Both the position numbers and the translations under genes were made by a program. Shown here one piece after another: positions 38,105 to 51,810 of a stretch of 64,000 nucleotides of DNA. A model generated the notes under the pieces. That model did not search any database, was not told where the DNA came from, and was given only the letters and a program-made list of their open reading frames with translations. Every line of letters begins with the position of its first letter. Position 1 is the first letter of the stretch. The DNA lies in NCBI GenBank assembly GCA_965287045.1, contig OZ336881.1, forward strand, positions 22,444,001 to 22,508,000, in the 5' to 3' direction. Origin of the DNA: Carcharhinus amblyrhynchos (taxonomy: Eukaryota).

Positions 38105-39693
38105 CAGATGTCGCCAGTTCATTGCTTTATTTTGACGGTTTCTTCAAACATGAAGGTTTTATAAAAAAGTTAATAATTGAAAAAAAAACAAAAACATTTA
38201 TTTGCAAACTTTCAAAATATTCTAAATTATATAGAGACATTGAAAACTCAAACTAGCATTCAAACAACTCCAAATCTAATCAATATTAAGGGCTTACAAA
38301 ATGGTCTATAAACCATAACAGGTGTTAACTGAGATCAAATACTTATACTGATTAGCTCAGAGCTCCACGCATGACATATTTATAAATTAAGTTAAATGAA
38401 GCTTAGATTTTAGTTTGGCATTAGTAGCAAAACACTGATCCAGCACTTTGACATCAGAGTACTTTTACTACAACACAATGGAACTTTTTAAACTTTCATT
38501 TTTAATTTTTGTTCTGCAACACTATGACCTGTTTACATTACCTTTTGCATAATATTACAATTGTACGAAATCTTAATTTTGCTGAATTTATTTGAAGTGA
38601 ATAAATCTGGCAGAACTGACTTAAGGAAAAAACAGGAAAAATATACCAATGGGTGTCATTCCCTCCTGTCAGCAACGCCATGGCACCACCAATTCCAACC
38701 CCACCCAACACCCTAAACAATTATTTGGAAAATTATAGCTATACACTAAACCACAATGATCCACAGGAAAAACTGTGACTCACTAATGAAGGATTATGTA
38801 TATTATTCATTCAATTTGTTGCATAAACTCTGTCTGATTCAACCTGTTGGAAGTCCAATTGCTGTAGCTTTTCCTCACTTTGATATCTTTTAATCTGACA
38901 ACATGGTACATTAACATCAAACCCACTTTTGTGAAACAAGCTACTTTGCAAATTCAGTGGCAGTTCACATAAAAGAAACAGCACAGGAGCAGGCATGTTT
39001 ACAGTGGTTAGTTCACCAGGCATGTCTTAAAAGGAAATTCTGATAATTTGGCAGTGTACATATTGATAAAAATAAATTATTGTTTTCTAGACCCAGTTCA
39101 TCTTCAGGTTACCAGGAATTAGGGATTACATGGCAATATTCTGAACGTTATTTTATAAGCATGAAAAGACCTCCATTTATTTTTCTGCAGGCCAAGCAAA
39201 GAGTTAAGACCGTACTGGATTTGTGCTGCAGGCCCAAAATTTAAGTGATTAAAAACTAAAGAGTGTTGCAAACCAGACAACTTCCATACCTAAAAAATAC
39301 AGAATGCAACTGAGAAGATGCAAAAGGAAATACCCGTGACATTTTAAACAGTTCAAGTATACTATTTTTCATTAATTATCATAATTTCAAATCACTTAAG
39401 GGGATTCCATTCACAACAAATATTTCAAGTTTAACTGTGTTCTCAGTGAAAAAGTTAAAAACAAAAAGATCAAATTCCACATTAACAGCTGGAAATCGTT
39501 CAATGGAACCGCGATCTTCTACTGGATGCTGTGGATGTGAGAACAACACTGAATGGGTTCAGCTGTGTCAGCCAAGTCAATTGATTTGTTGCCATCAGTC
39601 TCTGGTCACTTGAGTGAAATATCGGAAGCACCCTGTGCACACTGAACAGTTTCTCAGAACAAGTCAGCACCTTCGGGAGACATGGAATATATT
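38105..39693 (-). other. candidate terminal exon with long 3' UTR, unidentified gene
   Basis: Strong acceptor ttttctcctattcctag at 39694; repeat-free and U-rich on the minus strand; possible C-termini IYSMSPEGADLF* (stop 39654-39656) or NIFHVSRRC*. Confidence 0.45.
38126..38131 (-). terminator. polyadenylation signal of a minus-strand transcript
   Basis: AATAAA, then CA about 15 nt downstream, then tctgtgttgcttttt (GU/U-rich); a second AATAAA lies at 38197-38202. Confidence 0.5.
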
Positions 39694-39769
39694 CTAGGAA
39701 TAGGAGAAAATGCAATTTCCAAATTATTGCAATATCTGTAATGCTGGATAGGCAATATTAAGCATCGTA

Positions 39770-40912
39770 ATGAACGCAAGTGTTAGATTGGTTAAGGATA
39801 CAAATAGTAGAGTTGACCAAGGAGAACTGGTGGGAGTGGTCTATTTTAGATTTTCAGGAGGCTTTCAGACAACCATGTAAAGTCAAAATACATGGGATTG
39901 TGGGTAGTGTCACGAGAAAGATAAAAAGCTGATTAGCAGACAGGAAGCAAAGAGTTAGCACATTTGAGTCTTTTTCCAATTGACAGGCAGTGACTCGTGG
40001 GATACTGCAAGCTCAGATCCCAATTGTTCACACGATATATTGAAGATTTGGAAGAGAAAACTAAATGTATTTTCTCCAAATCTGCAGATGATAAAGTTGG
40101 GTGGGAGAGCGAGTTGTGTGGAGGATGCAGAGATGTTTCAGTGTGATTTCGACAAGCTGAGTGAGTGGTCATATGCATTACAGATGCAGTATAATGTGGA
40201 TAACTGTGAGGTTATCCACTTTTGTAGCAATAATAGGGAGGCAGATTATCTGAATGGGTATAAACAGAGATAGATACTCAATGAGAACTTTTGTCCTTGT
40301 GCAGTCACTAAAAGTAAGCGCGTAGGTATAGAGGTAGTCAAGAAAGCAAATGTCTTTATAGCTAGAGGATATGAGATAGAAATAGGGATGTACAAGGCAT
40401 TGGTGAGGCCACACCTGGAATATTGTGTGCATTTTTGGTATCATTATGAGGAAGGATGTCCTTGCTATAGAGGGAGTGCCACAAAGGTTTACCAGGCTGA
40501 TCCCTGGGATAGCAGGTCTGTCATGAGGACAGACTACGTCGGTTAGGATCATATTCATTTGAAGTTTAGAAGAGTGAGAGTGGATCTCATAGAAACTTAT
40601 AAAATTCTAACAGGGTTAGGCCGGGTAGATTCAGAATGAATGTGGGGAAGGATGATGGGAAGTCCAGAACGAAGGGTCATAGTTTGAGGATAAGGGGTAA
40701 ACCTTTTGGGTAAGGAGAAATTTCCTCACCAGAGTGTGGTGAATCTGTGGAATTCATTACCACAGAATGTAGTTAAGGCCAAAACGTTGCACAATTTCAA
40801 GAAGAAATTAGACATAGTTCTTGGGGCTAGAGGGATCAAGGGATATGGGAGGGAGGCGGGGGGGAGGGGGGGGGGGAGAAGCGGAATTGAATTTAATGAT
40901 CAGCCATGATCA
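39770..40912 (+). mobile_element. degraded CR1 RT and 3' end (tail resumes at 42061-42115)
   Basis: QMQYNVDNCEVIHF and VVNLWNSLPQ; the tail is interrupted at gatcaaaatgaat|...|atggtggagcagg. Confidence 0.85.
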
Positions 40913-42060
40913 AAATGAATGTGGTATATATGGATTTTAGTAAGGCGTTTGATAAGGTTCACCATGGTAGGCTTCTGCAGAAAATGCAGATGTATGGGAT
41001 TGAGGGTAATCTAGGAAATTGGATCAGGAATTGGCTAGCAGATAGGAGACAAAGGGTGGTGGTTGATGGTAAATATTCGTCATGGAGTTCGGTTACGAGT
41101 GGTGTGCCTCAGGGATCTGTTTTGGGGCCACTGCTGTTTGTAATTTTTATTAATGATCTGGATGAGGGTATAGTTGGGTGGATTAGTAAATTTGCTGATG
41201 ACACCAAAGTCGGAGGTGTGGTAGATAGTGATGAAGGGTGTCATAGTTTGCAGGACGACTTGGACAGGTTGCAGAGCTGGGCCGAGAGGTGACGGATGGA
41301 GTTTAATGCGGAGGAGTGTGAGGTAATTCACTTTGGTAGGAATAACAGATGTGTTGAGTATAGGGCTAACGGGAGGACTTTGAATAGTGTGGATGAACAG
41401 GGGGATCTAGGTGTATGTGTACATAGATCCCTGAAAGTTGGGAATCAAGTAGATAGGGTTGTTAAGAAGGCAAACGGTGTCTTGGCATTTATTGGTAGGG
41501 GGATTGAATTTAGGAGTCGCAGCGTCATGTTGCAACTGTACACAACTCTGGTGCGGCCGCACTTGGAATACTGTGTGCAGTTCTGGTCCCCACATTACAG
41601 GAAGGATGTGGAGGTTTACCAGGATGTTGCCTGGTATGGAGGGGAGGTCCTATGAGGAGAGACTGAGGGATTTGGGGTTGTTTTCGCTGGAAAGAAGGCG
41701 GCTAAGAGAGGATCTTATTGAAACATATAAGATGATTAGAGGTTTAGATAGGGTGGACAGTGATAGCCTTTTTCCTCAGATGGAGAAAGCTAGCACGAGG
41801 GGGCATGGCTTTAAATTAAGGGGGGGTAGTTAAAGGACGGATGTCAGGGGTAGGTTCTTTACCCAGAGGGTGGTGAGGGATTGGAATGCCCTGCCTGCTG
41901 CGGTTGTAAATGCGCTAGTTTGGGGGCTTTTAAGAGATCCGTGGATAGGTTTGTGGACGAAAAGGGATTGGTTTAGGTTAGTGGGTCATTGTTTTTTAAC
42001 TGGTCGGTGCAACATCGTGGGCCGAAGGGCCTGTTCTGCGCTGTAATGTTCTATGTTCTA
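40913..42060 (+). mobile_element. younger 5'-truncated CR1 (RT) nested in the previous copy's tail
   Basis: [46 protein letters not shown]; tail tgttctatgttcta. Confidence 0.93.
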
Positions 42061-43224
42061 ATGGTGGAGCAGGCTTGAAGGGCTGAAAGTCTATTCCTGC
42101 TTCCAGTTTCTATACATTTACTACTTCAAAAAGAGAGTCTTCGTGCATCCCTTTATAGAGCTATTCATCAGAACATCAAAATTAAAAACTAAAATACTAA
42201 TGTGTAACTTTAAACATTTTCCTGAGTATTGTCAAAAATGAGATGTACATTTTCCTGTGAACTGAGGAGAAAGAAAAAAAGCAAATCCTGCACACTGAGT
42301 CCCACTACCTCATGGAACATCTTACCCCAGTTACCAAAGATCTGTTGATCAGGTTTCAGCAACCACCACCACCACCACCACCTCCCCCCCCCACCCCAAC
42401 CACAATGCTGACATCTCCTAACCCCCAATCCTCATGGCTAGCATCTCCCCCTCTCCTCCCCATCACACACGACTGCCATTACCATCTGCCGTGGTACAGG
42501 TTGGCACAGTGCCAAACTGTACCACGGAACAGTGCTAGGGGCAGTGTCTGGGCATGTTCCTCTCCTCCAGTAGCTATACTCACCTTTATTGCCACAGGGG
42601 GAATCCCCACCAGAGATTCACATCTGAGTGAACCTGCTGTAAACAAAATTATGCTGGGTGGAGTAGATTGTGGAGGGGGTTAAAAGATATTAAATATGTT
42701 AAAGCACATTTAAATGAGGTTCTCACCTTTTCTGGGTGTGAACTTCGCTACGTCATCAGCGGGGAGTGGGAAAATCGTGTTTCTTGATTCTCTTCGGATT
42801 TTCAGAACACGTCACTACTCTCTGACGGAGATCGCAGGCTGAAAGTTGCCCCCTTAATGTTACACGTCATATTTATATTATCTTCCTACCAGGAACTGAG
42901 TTCTATATTCAGCAGAGACCAAGTAACTCAACCAGTACAGACTTAGCTCTTAGCAGCACTAGGAAACATTATATTTCAACATTTTTCTAACCACAGTGCA
43001 ACACAGACATTCAGCAACCATCACCAAGGAGTATCAGAACCTTGATGCATGCTAGTTCAAAATTTGAGCACACTAGCCTGAAATTTTATTTTCTGCAACC
43101 TTTTTTCATGTCAATACTTGCACTGGAAGCTGTCTACATAATTCTTTTAAATAATGTTTTTATTGAGAATTTTGAACTTTATATATTGTATGTTACTCAA
43201 ATTCCCATGATTCAGCACATTGTT

Positions 43225-44270
43225 ATGTGAAATGATCATTACGCAAAGAAAATGACAGCCCTTCGGCCCTCCAAGCCTGCACCGACCATGTTGCCCAACT
43301 GAACTAAAACCCCCTACCCTTCCAGAGACCATATCCCTCTATTCCCATCCTATTCATGTACTTGTCAAGACACCCCTTAAAAAGTCACTACCGTATCTGC
43401 TTCCACTACCTTCCTCAGCAACAAGTTCCAGGTACCCACTACTCTCTGTAAAAACTCTGCCTCATACATCTCCTTTAAACCTTGTCCCTCACACCTTAAA
43501 TCTATGCCCCCTAGTAACTGACTCTTCCACCCTGGGAAAAAGCTTCTGACTATCCACTTTGTCCATGCCTCTCATAATCTTGTAGACTTCTATCAGGGCT
43601 CCCCTCAACCTCTGTCGCTCCAATGAGAACAAACCAAGTTTCTCCAACCTTTCCTCATAGTTAATGCCCTCCACACCAAGCAACATCCTGGTATATCTTT
43701 TCTGTATCCCCCTCCACACCCTTCTGGTAGTGTGGTGACCAGAATTGAACACAATATTCCAAGTGTGGCCTAACTTAAGGTTCTATAAAGCTGCAACATG
43801 ATTTGTCAATTTTTAAACTCAATACCCTGACTGATGAAGGCAAGCATGCCATATGCTTTTTTGGCTACCTTCTCTATCTGCATTGTCACTTTCAGTGACC
43901 TGTGTACCTGTACATCCAGAACCCTTTGCCTAAGAATACTCTTAAGTGTTCTGCCATTTACTGTATATTTCCTATCTGTATTAGACCTTCCAAAATGCAT
44001 TACCTCACATTTGTCCAGATTAAACTCCATCTGTCATCTCTCCACCAAGTCTCCAACTGATCTATGTCGTGCTGGATCCTCCGACGGTCCTCATTGCTAT
44101 CCGCAAATCCACCAACCTTTGTGTCGTCCGCAAACTTACTAATCAATCCAGTTACATTTTCCTCCAAATCATTTATATATATTACAAACAGCAAAGGCCC
44201 CAGCACTGATCCCTGAGGAACACTGCTTGTCACAGCCCTACATTCAGAAACGCACCCTCCCACTGCTACT
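43225..44270 (-). mobile_element. 5'-truncated CR1 (RT C-terminal half)
   Basis: [40 protein letters not shown] and LGLFSLERQRLRG. Confidence 0.92.
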
Positions 44271-44299
44271 GATACGTGGAGAAGACCAGCAAAGATCAA

Positions 44300-44910
44300 T
44301 AGAAATAATTCAAAGAATCAGAAGTAATTCCTGCTGTTGCAGTCTCAGCACCTTCTTTTGTGCAGATATCAAAAGCATAACAGAAAGTGTGTGTGGGGAA
44401 TCAGGACAACAGAATAAGGCTAAGAAAACAGGGCACCGCACCATGTTGTGCACCCTTCCATAGAGCAATGAAATACAAAGAAAGTCTCTCAGGATCGGAC
44501 ACACTGGAAGGCACAATCGAGACAAGGGTCACCCCTAAATGCTGCTCTCCTTCTACACAAAGAAGACACCCCTCCCAAACAAGCAACCACAACTCTACCT
44601 GCCCAGTCAAGTAACATCAAGAAACCTGTGTAAAGATATTTGAAACTCAATAACCTAGCAACCATGCTCGGGCATGAACCACCCCACACTCCCCCACATT
44701 CCCAGCAACCAAAAGTGCCAACTTCAAGTACTGTCCTCTTCAGGATATTTAGTCTGCCTGCACTGCTATAGGATAAGCACAGGAATTCTCAGACCCAGAA
44801 TAACTAACTAAAATGAGGACTTAAGGCCACATTAACCACTTCCACATCTATCCAACCAGCTACCACCCTGCTGTGGCACAACTCGATTTTTCTATAACTA
44901 AAGCAAAGGG
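44300..44910 (-). mobile_element. old L1/Tx1-like LINE 3' relic (appears to continue at 48744-49403 and 51897-51965)
   Basis: Cys-rich C..C...LDCAF-like remnant on the minus strand; this is the host sequence for the CR1 and PLE insertions. Confidence 0.4.
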
Positions 44911-44922
44911 CACCACAAAAGA

Positions 44923-45575
44923 ATGTGCTCTTTGCCTCTCAATCTGCATAACAGGTTTGAGGTTCTTGCTTCCAGTCTGGACGAGGACGAGGGAGGTGAG
45001 GTCAGTGAGCAAACTGCACACGGTACAGTGATGCAGCAGGACATAGGCAAAGAGAAGGGGAAAAGGAACGTAGTCATAATTGGGGATAGTGGGGTGAAGG
45101 GTATTGACACTGTCCTTTGTCACAATGACAAAGTGCACAGAAGGGTGTGTTGTCTGCCTGGTGCTCGGGTCCGGGATGTCGCATCTGGGCTGCAGAGGAA
45201 GCTGGAGTGGGAGGGTGAGAATCCGGTCGTTGTGGTACATGTGGGTGCCAACGACGTAGGCAAAATGCAAACTGAGGATCTGGGGAGGGAGTATGAAAAG
45301 CTGGGAATGGAATTAAAAAGTAGAACCGACAAGGTGGTTATCTCTGGGCTACTGCCTGAACCGAGTGCAGATGGGCGTAGGATTGATAGGATTAAGGAAG
45401 TGAATGGGTGGCTCAGGGATTGGTGTGGGAGGAATGGGTTTGAATTTATGGGGCATTGGCATCAGTATTGGGGTAGGTGGGACCTGTTCGGGCAGGATGG
45501 GTTGATCTGAACCGTGCTGGGACCAGAGTCCTGGCGAATCGTGTAAAGAAGACTGTAGACAGGGCTTTAAACTAA
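44923..45575 (+). pseudogene. CR1 ORF1 SGNH/GDSL esterase domain
   Basis: Blocks IGDS, LPGA and HVGAND; the DGLHLN block is broken by a 1-nt deletion near 45504 (gatgggttg-atctgaac). Confidence 0.85.
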
Positions 45576-45738
45576 TTGGAGGGGGAGGGTGCGAGGGTAG
45601 GTGACATTACGAGGCCTAAAGTTAAGGAGATGGTACAGGTAAGGGAAGAGGCCAAGGATGTCCCAATAATAAAGGGAGTAGGGGGGCGTGAGTATGGTTG
45701 GTGGCATTCCGGCAAATAGGGTCCAGGTGAAGGCTGGG

Positions 45739-48629
45739 ATGAAGGCACTTTATCTGAATGCACGAAGCATTCGGAATAAAGTGGATGAACTGGTGCCGCA
45801 GATCAGCACAAATGGATATGATCTGGTGGCCATTACAGAGACGTGGCTGCAAGGTGACAGGGACTGGGAGCTGAATGTCCAGGGGTATCAAGTGTTTAGG
45901 AAGGATAGGCGGGAGGAAAAAGGGGGGGCATAGCTCTGCTGATTAAGGATAGCATCAGGGTGGTAGCAAGGGATGATATTGGAGCCAAAGAGCAGAACGT
46001 GGAATCGTTGTGGGTGGAGATTAGGAACAGCAAAGGGAGGAAGACGCTGGTGGGTGTCGTCTATAGGCCCCCGAATAATGATCTGGAGGTGGGGCGGGCT
46101 GTTAACGCACAAATAAGTGCGGCGTGCAGGAATGGAACGGCCATAATTATGGGGGATTTCAATCTGCATATTGATTGGTCGACCCATGTTGGACGCGGTG
46201 GGCTCGAGAAGGAGTTCTTGGAATGCTGCCGGGATAGTTTCCTTGAACAGTGTGTGTTGGAGCCGACGAGGGAGCGAGCTATCTTGGATCTGGTGCTATG
46301 TAATGAGGTGGGTAGAATTAGGGACCTTGCGGTGAAGGATCCTCTTGGGGAGAGTGATCATTGTATGGTGGAGTTTCTGGTGCAGATGGAGGAGGAGAAA
46401 GTGGGTTCCCGGACACGCGTCCTTTGTTTGGACAGAGGGGAGTACGGAAGGATGAGAGAAGAATTGGCGAATGTGGACTGGGGGAGCGCGTTAGAAGGTA
46501 GGTCTGCTGAGGAGCAGTGGAGGATCTTTAAGGAGATCTTTTCTGGGGCTCAGCAGAAATTTATTCCGATGGTCAAAAAGGACCGTAGGAGGAGAGGTAA
46601 TAAGCCGTGGATAACGAAGGAGGTGAAGGAAAGTGTTAAATTAAAAGCGGAGGCGTTTAGAGTAGCTAAAAGTAGTGGGCGAGAAGAGGATTAGGAGAGG
46701 TTTAAATGTCAACAAAGATTGACAAAGAATTTGATAAAGAAGGGTAGGAGAAACTATGAAGCTGGGCTAGCGCTTAATATAAAAAAGGATAGCAAAAGTT
46801 TTTATAAATATATAAAAAGGAAGAGGCTGGCTAGGGTGAACGTTGGTCCCTTAGAGGATGAGAAGGGGGACTTAGTGGTAGGGGATGGGGATATGGCTGA
46901 GGTCTTGAATAACTTTTTTGTTTCGGTCTTCACGGAGGAGGACGTGAATAATTTGCCGTGTGTTAGAGATGGAAAGGTGGTAGGACTGGAATGTCTCAAT
47001 GACATTATTGTTACTAGAGAGGCGGTGCTCGACAGACTGGAGGGACTGATTGTGGACAAGTCCCCAGGACCAGATGGAATGCATCCGAGAGTTCTGAAAG
47101 AAATGGCAGAGGTGATAGTGGATGCCTTGGTTATTTTCCAAACATCGCTGGATTCCGGGGAAGTGCCGGAAGATTGGAAAACGGCTAATGTTACGCCGTT
47201 GTTTAAGAAGGGTGCCAGGCAAAAGGCGGGGAATTATAGGCCGGTTAGTTTAACGTCTGTTGTAGGTAAAATGTTAGAATCCGTCCAAGGAGGAAATAGC
47301 GAGGCATCTTGAGGGGAATTGCTTGATAGAGCAGACGCAGCATGGTTTCGTTAAGGGGAAGTCGTGTCTGATAAATTTACTGGAGTTCTATGAGGATGTG
47401 TCTAGGGCAGTGGATGGAGGAGAGCCGGTGGATGTGGTCTTTCTTGATTTTCAGAAGGCGTTTGACAAGGTACCTCACAAGAGGTTATTGCAGAAGGTCA
47501 GGGGACATGGAGTTGGGGGTAGGGTGTTAGCGTGGATAGAGGATTGGTTGTCAAATAGGAGGCAGAGAGTGGGGGTCAATGGGTGCTATTCGGATTGGCA
47601 GTTGGTGACTAGTGGAGTGCCCCAGGGGTTGGTGCTGGGGCCTCAGCTATTTACCATTTACACAGATGATCTGGAGGAGGGAACCGAGTGTATGGTGTCG
47701 AAATTTACTGATGACACCAAGATTGGTGGAACGGCAAATTGCGCGGAGGGTGTGGAGAGTCTACAGAAGGATCTAGATAGGCTGGGCGAATGGGCCAGGA
47801 ACAGGCAAATGGAATTTAATGTTGGCAAGCGTGAGGTGGTCCACTTTGGTAGGAATAATGGTAGGAAGGATTATTATTTACGTGGCGAAAAACTGCAGCA
47901 GGCGACAGTGCAGAGGGACCTCGGGGTCCTTGTGCATGAGTCGCAAAAACCCAGCTTGCAGGTGCAGCAGGTGGTCAGGAAGGTGAATGGGATGCTGGCC
48001 TTCATAGCGAGGGGGATTGAATATAAAAGTAGGGAGGTCTTGCTGTATAGCAAGCCTGTATAGGGCATTGGTAAGGCTGCAGCTGGAGTACTGTGTGCAG
48101 TTTTGGGCGCCGTACTTACGCAAGGATATTTTGGTCTTGGAGGGAGTGCAGAGGAGGTTTACTAGGCTGATGCCAGAGTTGAGGGGGTTGAGCTATGAGG
48201 AGAGGCTGAATAAGAACATAAGAAACATAAGAAATAGGAGCAGGAGTAGGCCATCTAGCCCTTCGAGCCCGCCCCGCCATTCAATAAGATAAACTAGGCT
48301 TGTACTCGTTAGAGTTTAGAAGAATGAGGGGAGATCTCATTGAGACGTATAAGATGATGAATGGGATGGATAGGATAGAGGTGGAGAGACTCTTCCCGCT
48401 CAGAAAGGACAGTAGGACTAGGGGGCACAGCCTCAAGATAAAGGGGGGGTGGTTTAGAATGGAGTTGAGGAAGAACTTCTTCACTCAAAGGGTGGTGAAT
48501 CTCTGGAATTCTCTGCCCGTTGAAGTGGTGGAGGCTACCTCGCTAAATATTTTTAAGACGCGGGTTGATGGGTTTTTGATAAGTGAGGGGATTAAGGGTT
48601 ATGGGGAGAGGGCAGGAATGTGGAACTGA
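45739..48629 (+). pseudogene. CR1 ORF2 (APE endonuclease + reverse transcriptase)
   Basis: YLNARSI, ITETW, YRPP, MGDFN, SDH; KSPGPDG, YRPVSLTS, DFQKAFD, GVPQG, FTDD; frameshifts near 45929, 47285 and 48040, and a stop at 46692. Confidence 0.93.
48211..48288 (-). mobile_element. about 80-nt antisense CR1 tail inserted in the same family's ORF2
   Basis: Reverse complement of 48650-48730; host ctgaataa|actaggc resumes after it (ataa duplicated). Confidence 0.85.
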
Positions 48630-49506
48630 GCCACGACAGATCAGCCATGATCTTACTGAATGGCAGGGCAGGCTCGAAGGGCTAGATGGCCTACTCCTGC
48701 TCCTATTTCTTATGTTATTATGTTCTTATTACAGCACAGAAGACCAATTAAAGACACATCGCACGACCTTTCAGACATACAACACATTTGGAGCACTGCT
48801 CAACAAGAAAAAAAAGAGCTCCTGGCCAGAGAGCCAAAGATCACATCCTGAACCCCCAACCCCCCGAAGCACACTGTTGGAATAGCCATCAGAATGTACA
48901 TAAAATAGTGATTCTGAATTTACAGGATAACAGGCAAGGAAAAACAAAACAAAATTCCCAAGTCTCTGTGCTCAACAAATGCCCTTATCAGGATAAAAAA
49001 AATCACATAATTAGGAGCAAAATCACAAGGGAACAAAGTTCAGAATTAACAATGAACTCAACGTTACAAGCCATCCATGGAGTTAGAAAAGGCCAAAAAC
49101 ATGACCAGATTGTCAAGGAACATGCAGAACTTCATTTAAGTCGCCACACTTCCATCATGCCACAATCCCACAGGCCAGATGAGCATAAGTCTATGCCCCA
49201 GTGGATGGGAGCCCACCATGCCTAGCCACCTCCAACTCCTCTTGGCGAGCATGAAGGTCAAGATATTGCAAGATATGGTGGGGTCTTCAGCCAACCCAGG
49301 TCTTGAAAATCTGTCCTAGGGTGCAGAATACATCTTCCACATTTTTGCGTCTCAATGCGGTCTTCATCTTGGCATCAATAGCACCACCTCTGCATGGGTC
49401 TGCTTATCAGTGACATTGTGTGGAGATGCCAGTGTTGGACTGGGGTAAACAGTAAGAAGTCTGACAACACCAGGTTTAAGTCCAACTGATTTATTTGAAG
49501 GTAAAC

Positions 49507-49542
49507 TTGCAAGCTTTCAGGGTTTGCCCCTTCATCAGGCAA
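49507..49542 (-). ncRNA. minimal type I hammerhead ribozyme (PLE pLTR)
   Basis: ttgc-CTGATGA-a-gggg-caaa-ccct-GAAA-gc-TT-gcaa. Confidence 0.75.
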
Positions 49543-51810
49543 ATGGAGAGTTCTGGCCTCAGACAGAGCATAGAACAGCACAGACAGTTCACAGATTACT
49601 GATTAGAATGTGAATCTTGACACCTAACCTGCTATTCAAGTCTTAAGTGGCCAAAAAGAGCATTAAGCTCAGGTTAAAGAGATGTGTATTGTCTCCAGAC
49701 AGTACAGTAAGTGAGATTTAGCAAACCCAGGCAAGTCATGGGGGTTACAAATAGTGCAACACGAACCCAAGATCCCTGTTGAGACTGTCCTCATGTGTGC
49801 GGAACTTGGCTATCAGTCTCTACGCTGTCATGTGTTGTGAAGGCCGCCTTGGAGAACGCTTACTTGTAGGTCAGAGGCCGAATGCCCGTAACCACTGAAG
49901 TGTTCACCAACAGGAAGGGAACAGTCTTGCCTAGTGATTGTCGAGCGACGTTCATTCATCCATTGTCGTAGCATCTGCATGGTCTCCCCAATGTACCGTG
50001 CTTCGGGACATCCTTTCCTGCAGCGTTTTAGGTAGACAACGTTGGCCAAGTTGCAAGAGTATGTACCGTGTACCTGGTGGATGGTATTCTCACGTGAGAT
50101 GATGTCATCCATGTTGATGATCCAGCAGGTCTTGCAGGAGGTTGCCGTGGCAGGGTTATGTGGTGTTGTGGTCACTGTTCTCCTGAAGGCTGGGTAGTTT
50201 GCTGCGAACAATGGTCTGGTTGAGGTTGTGCGGTTGTCTGATGGCAAGAAGTGGGGGCGTGGGGATGGCCCTGGCGAGATGTTCGTCTTCAATGATATGT
50301 TGAAGACTCGAGAAGATGTCGTAGCTTCTCCGCTCCGAGGAATTACTGGACGAAGGGTGCTCTGTCCACTGTGTCCTGTGTTTGTCTTCTGAGGTCGGTG
50401 CGGTTTTTCGCTGTGGTGCATCGGAACTGTCGATTGATCAGTCGAGCGCCATATCCTGTTCTTATGAGGGCATCTTTCAGCATCCGGAGGTGTCTGTCAC
50501 AATCCTCCTCATCTGAGCAGATCCTGTATATACGGAGGGCTTGTACAAGGAAGGTGACAGTCCTTGATGGAGATGCATGTGTCCAAGAATGCAACCGATT
50601 CTGGAGAATAGTCCATGGTGAGTCTGATGGTGGGGTGGAACTTGTTGATATATACTTGTTTCAGAGAACAATCACTGACGGTCACCTCAGCACCTCACTG
50701 TACCGCAAGCCCACTGACCACCTCACAATGCTCCACTTCTCCAGCTTTCACCCAAAACACGTTGAAGAAGCCATCTCCTATGGACAAGCCCTCCGTATAC
50801 ACAGGATCTGCTCAGATGAGAAGGATCGTGACAGAACTTCCAGTCACTGGAAGATGCCCTCATAAGAGCAGGATATGGCGCTCAACTCATTGATCGACAG
50901 TTCTGATGCGCCACAGCGAAAAACCGCACCGACCTCCTCAGAAGACAAACACGGGACACGGTGGACAGAGTACCCTTCATCGTCCAGTACTTCCCCGGAG
51001 CAGAGAAGCTACAATATCTTCTCTGGAGTCTTCAACATATCACTGATGAAGACGAGCATCTCGCCATGGCCATCCCCACACCCCCACTTCTTGCCTTCAG
51101 ACAACTGCACAACCTCAAAACAGACCACTGTTTGCAAACTACCCAGACTACAGGAGAACAGTGACCACAACACCACACAACCCTGCCACAGCAACCTCTC
51201 CAAGACATGCTGGATCATCAACATGGATGACATCATTGCACGTGAGAATACCATCCACCAGGTACACAGCACATACTCTTGCAACTCGGCCAACGTTGTC
51301 TACCTAATACGCTGCAGGAAAGGATGTCCCGAAGCACGGTACATTGGGGACACCATGCAGACGCTACGACAACGGATGAATGAACATCGCTCGACAATCA
51401 CCAGGCAAGACTGTTCCCTTCCTGTTGGTGAACACTCCAGTGGTCATAGGCATTCGGCCTCTGACCTTCGGGTAAGCATTCTCCAAGGCGGCCTTCACAA
51501 CAGCGCAGAGTTGCTGAGCAGAGACTGATAGCCAAGTTCCGCACACAAGGACGGTCTCAACAGGGATCTTGGGTTCATGTTGTACTATCTGTAACCCCCA
51601 TGACTTGCCTGGGTTTGCTAAACCTCACTTACCGTACTGTCTGGAGACAATACACATCTCTTTAACCTGGGCTTAATGCTCCTTCCACTCACATTGTTAG
51701 CCACTTTAAGACTTGAATAGCAGGTTAGGTGTAAAGATTCACATTCTAAATCAGTAATCTGTAAACTGTCTGTGCTGTTACATGCTCTGTCTGAGGCCAG
51801 AACTCTCCAT

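Larger units (their letters stand above)
44923..48731 (+). mobile_element. near full-length CR1 LINE, inactivated
   Basis: ORF1 esterase, ORF2 EN-RT and tail are collinear; imperfect 12-bp TSD caccacaaaaga (44911-44922) / cagcacagaaga (48732-48743). Confidence 0.95.

Noticed and set aside
42312-42683. Proline-rich 123-aa ORF
   Set aside because: Product of a (cca)n/C-rich tract in a repeat; no splice or homology support.
50875-51528. Stand-alone GIY-YIG nuclease gene (also 49828-50421)
   Set aside because: Frameshifted C-terminus of the PLE polyprotein.
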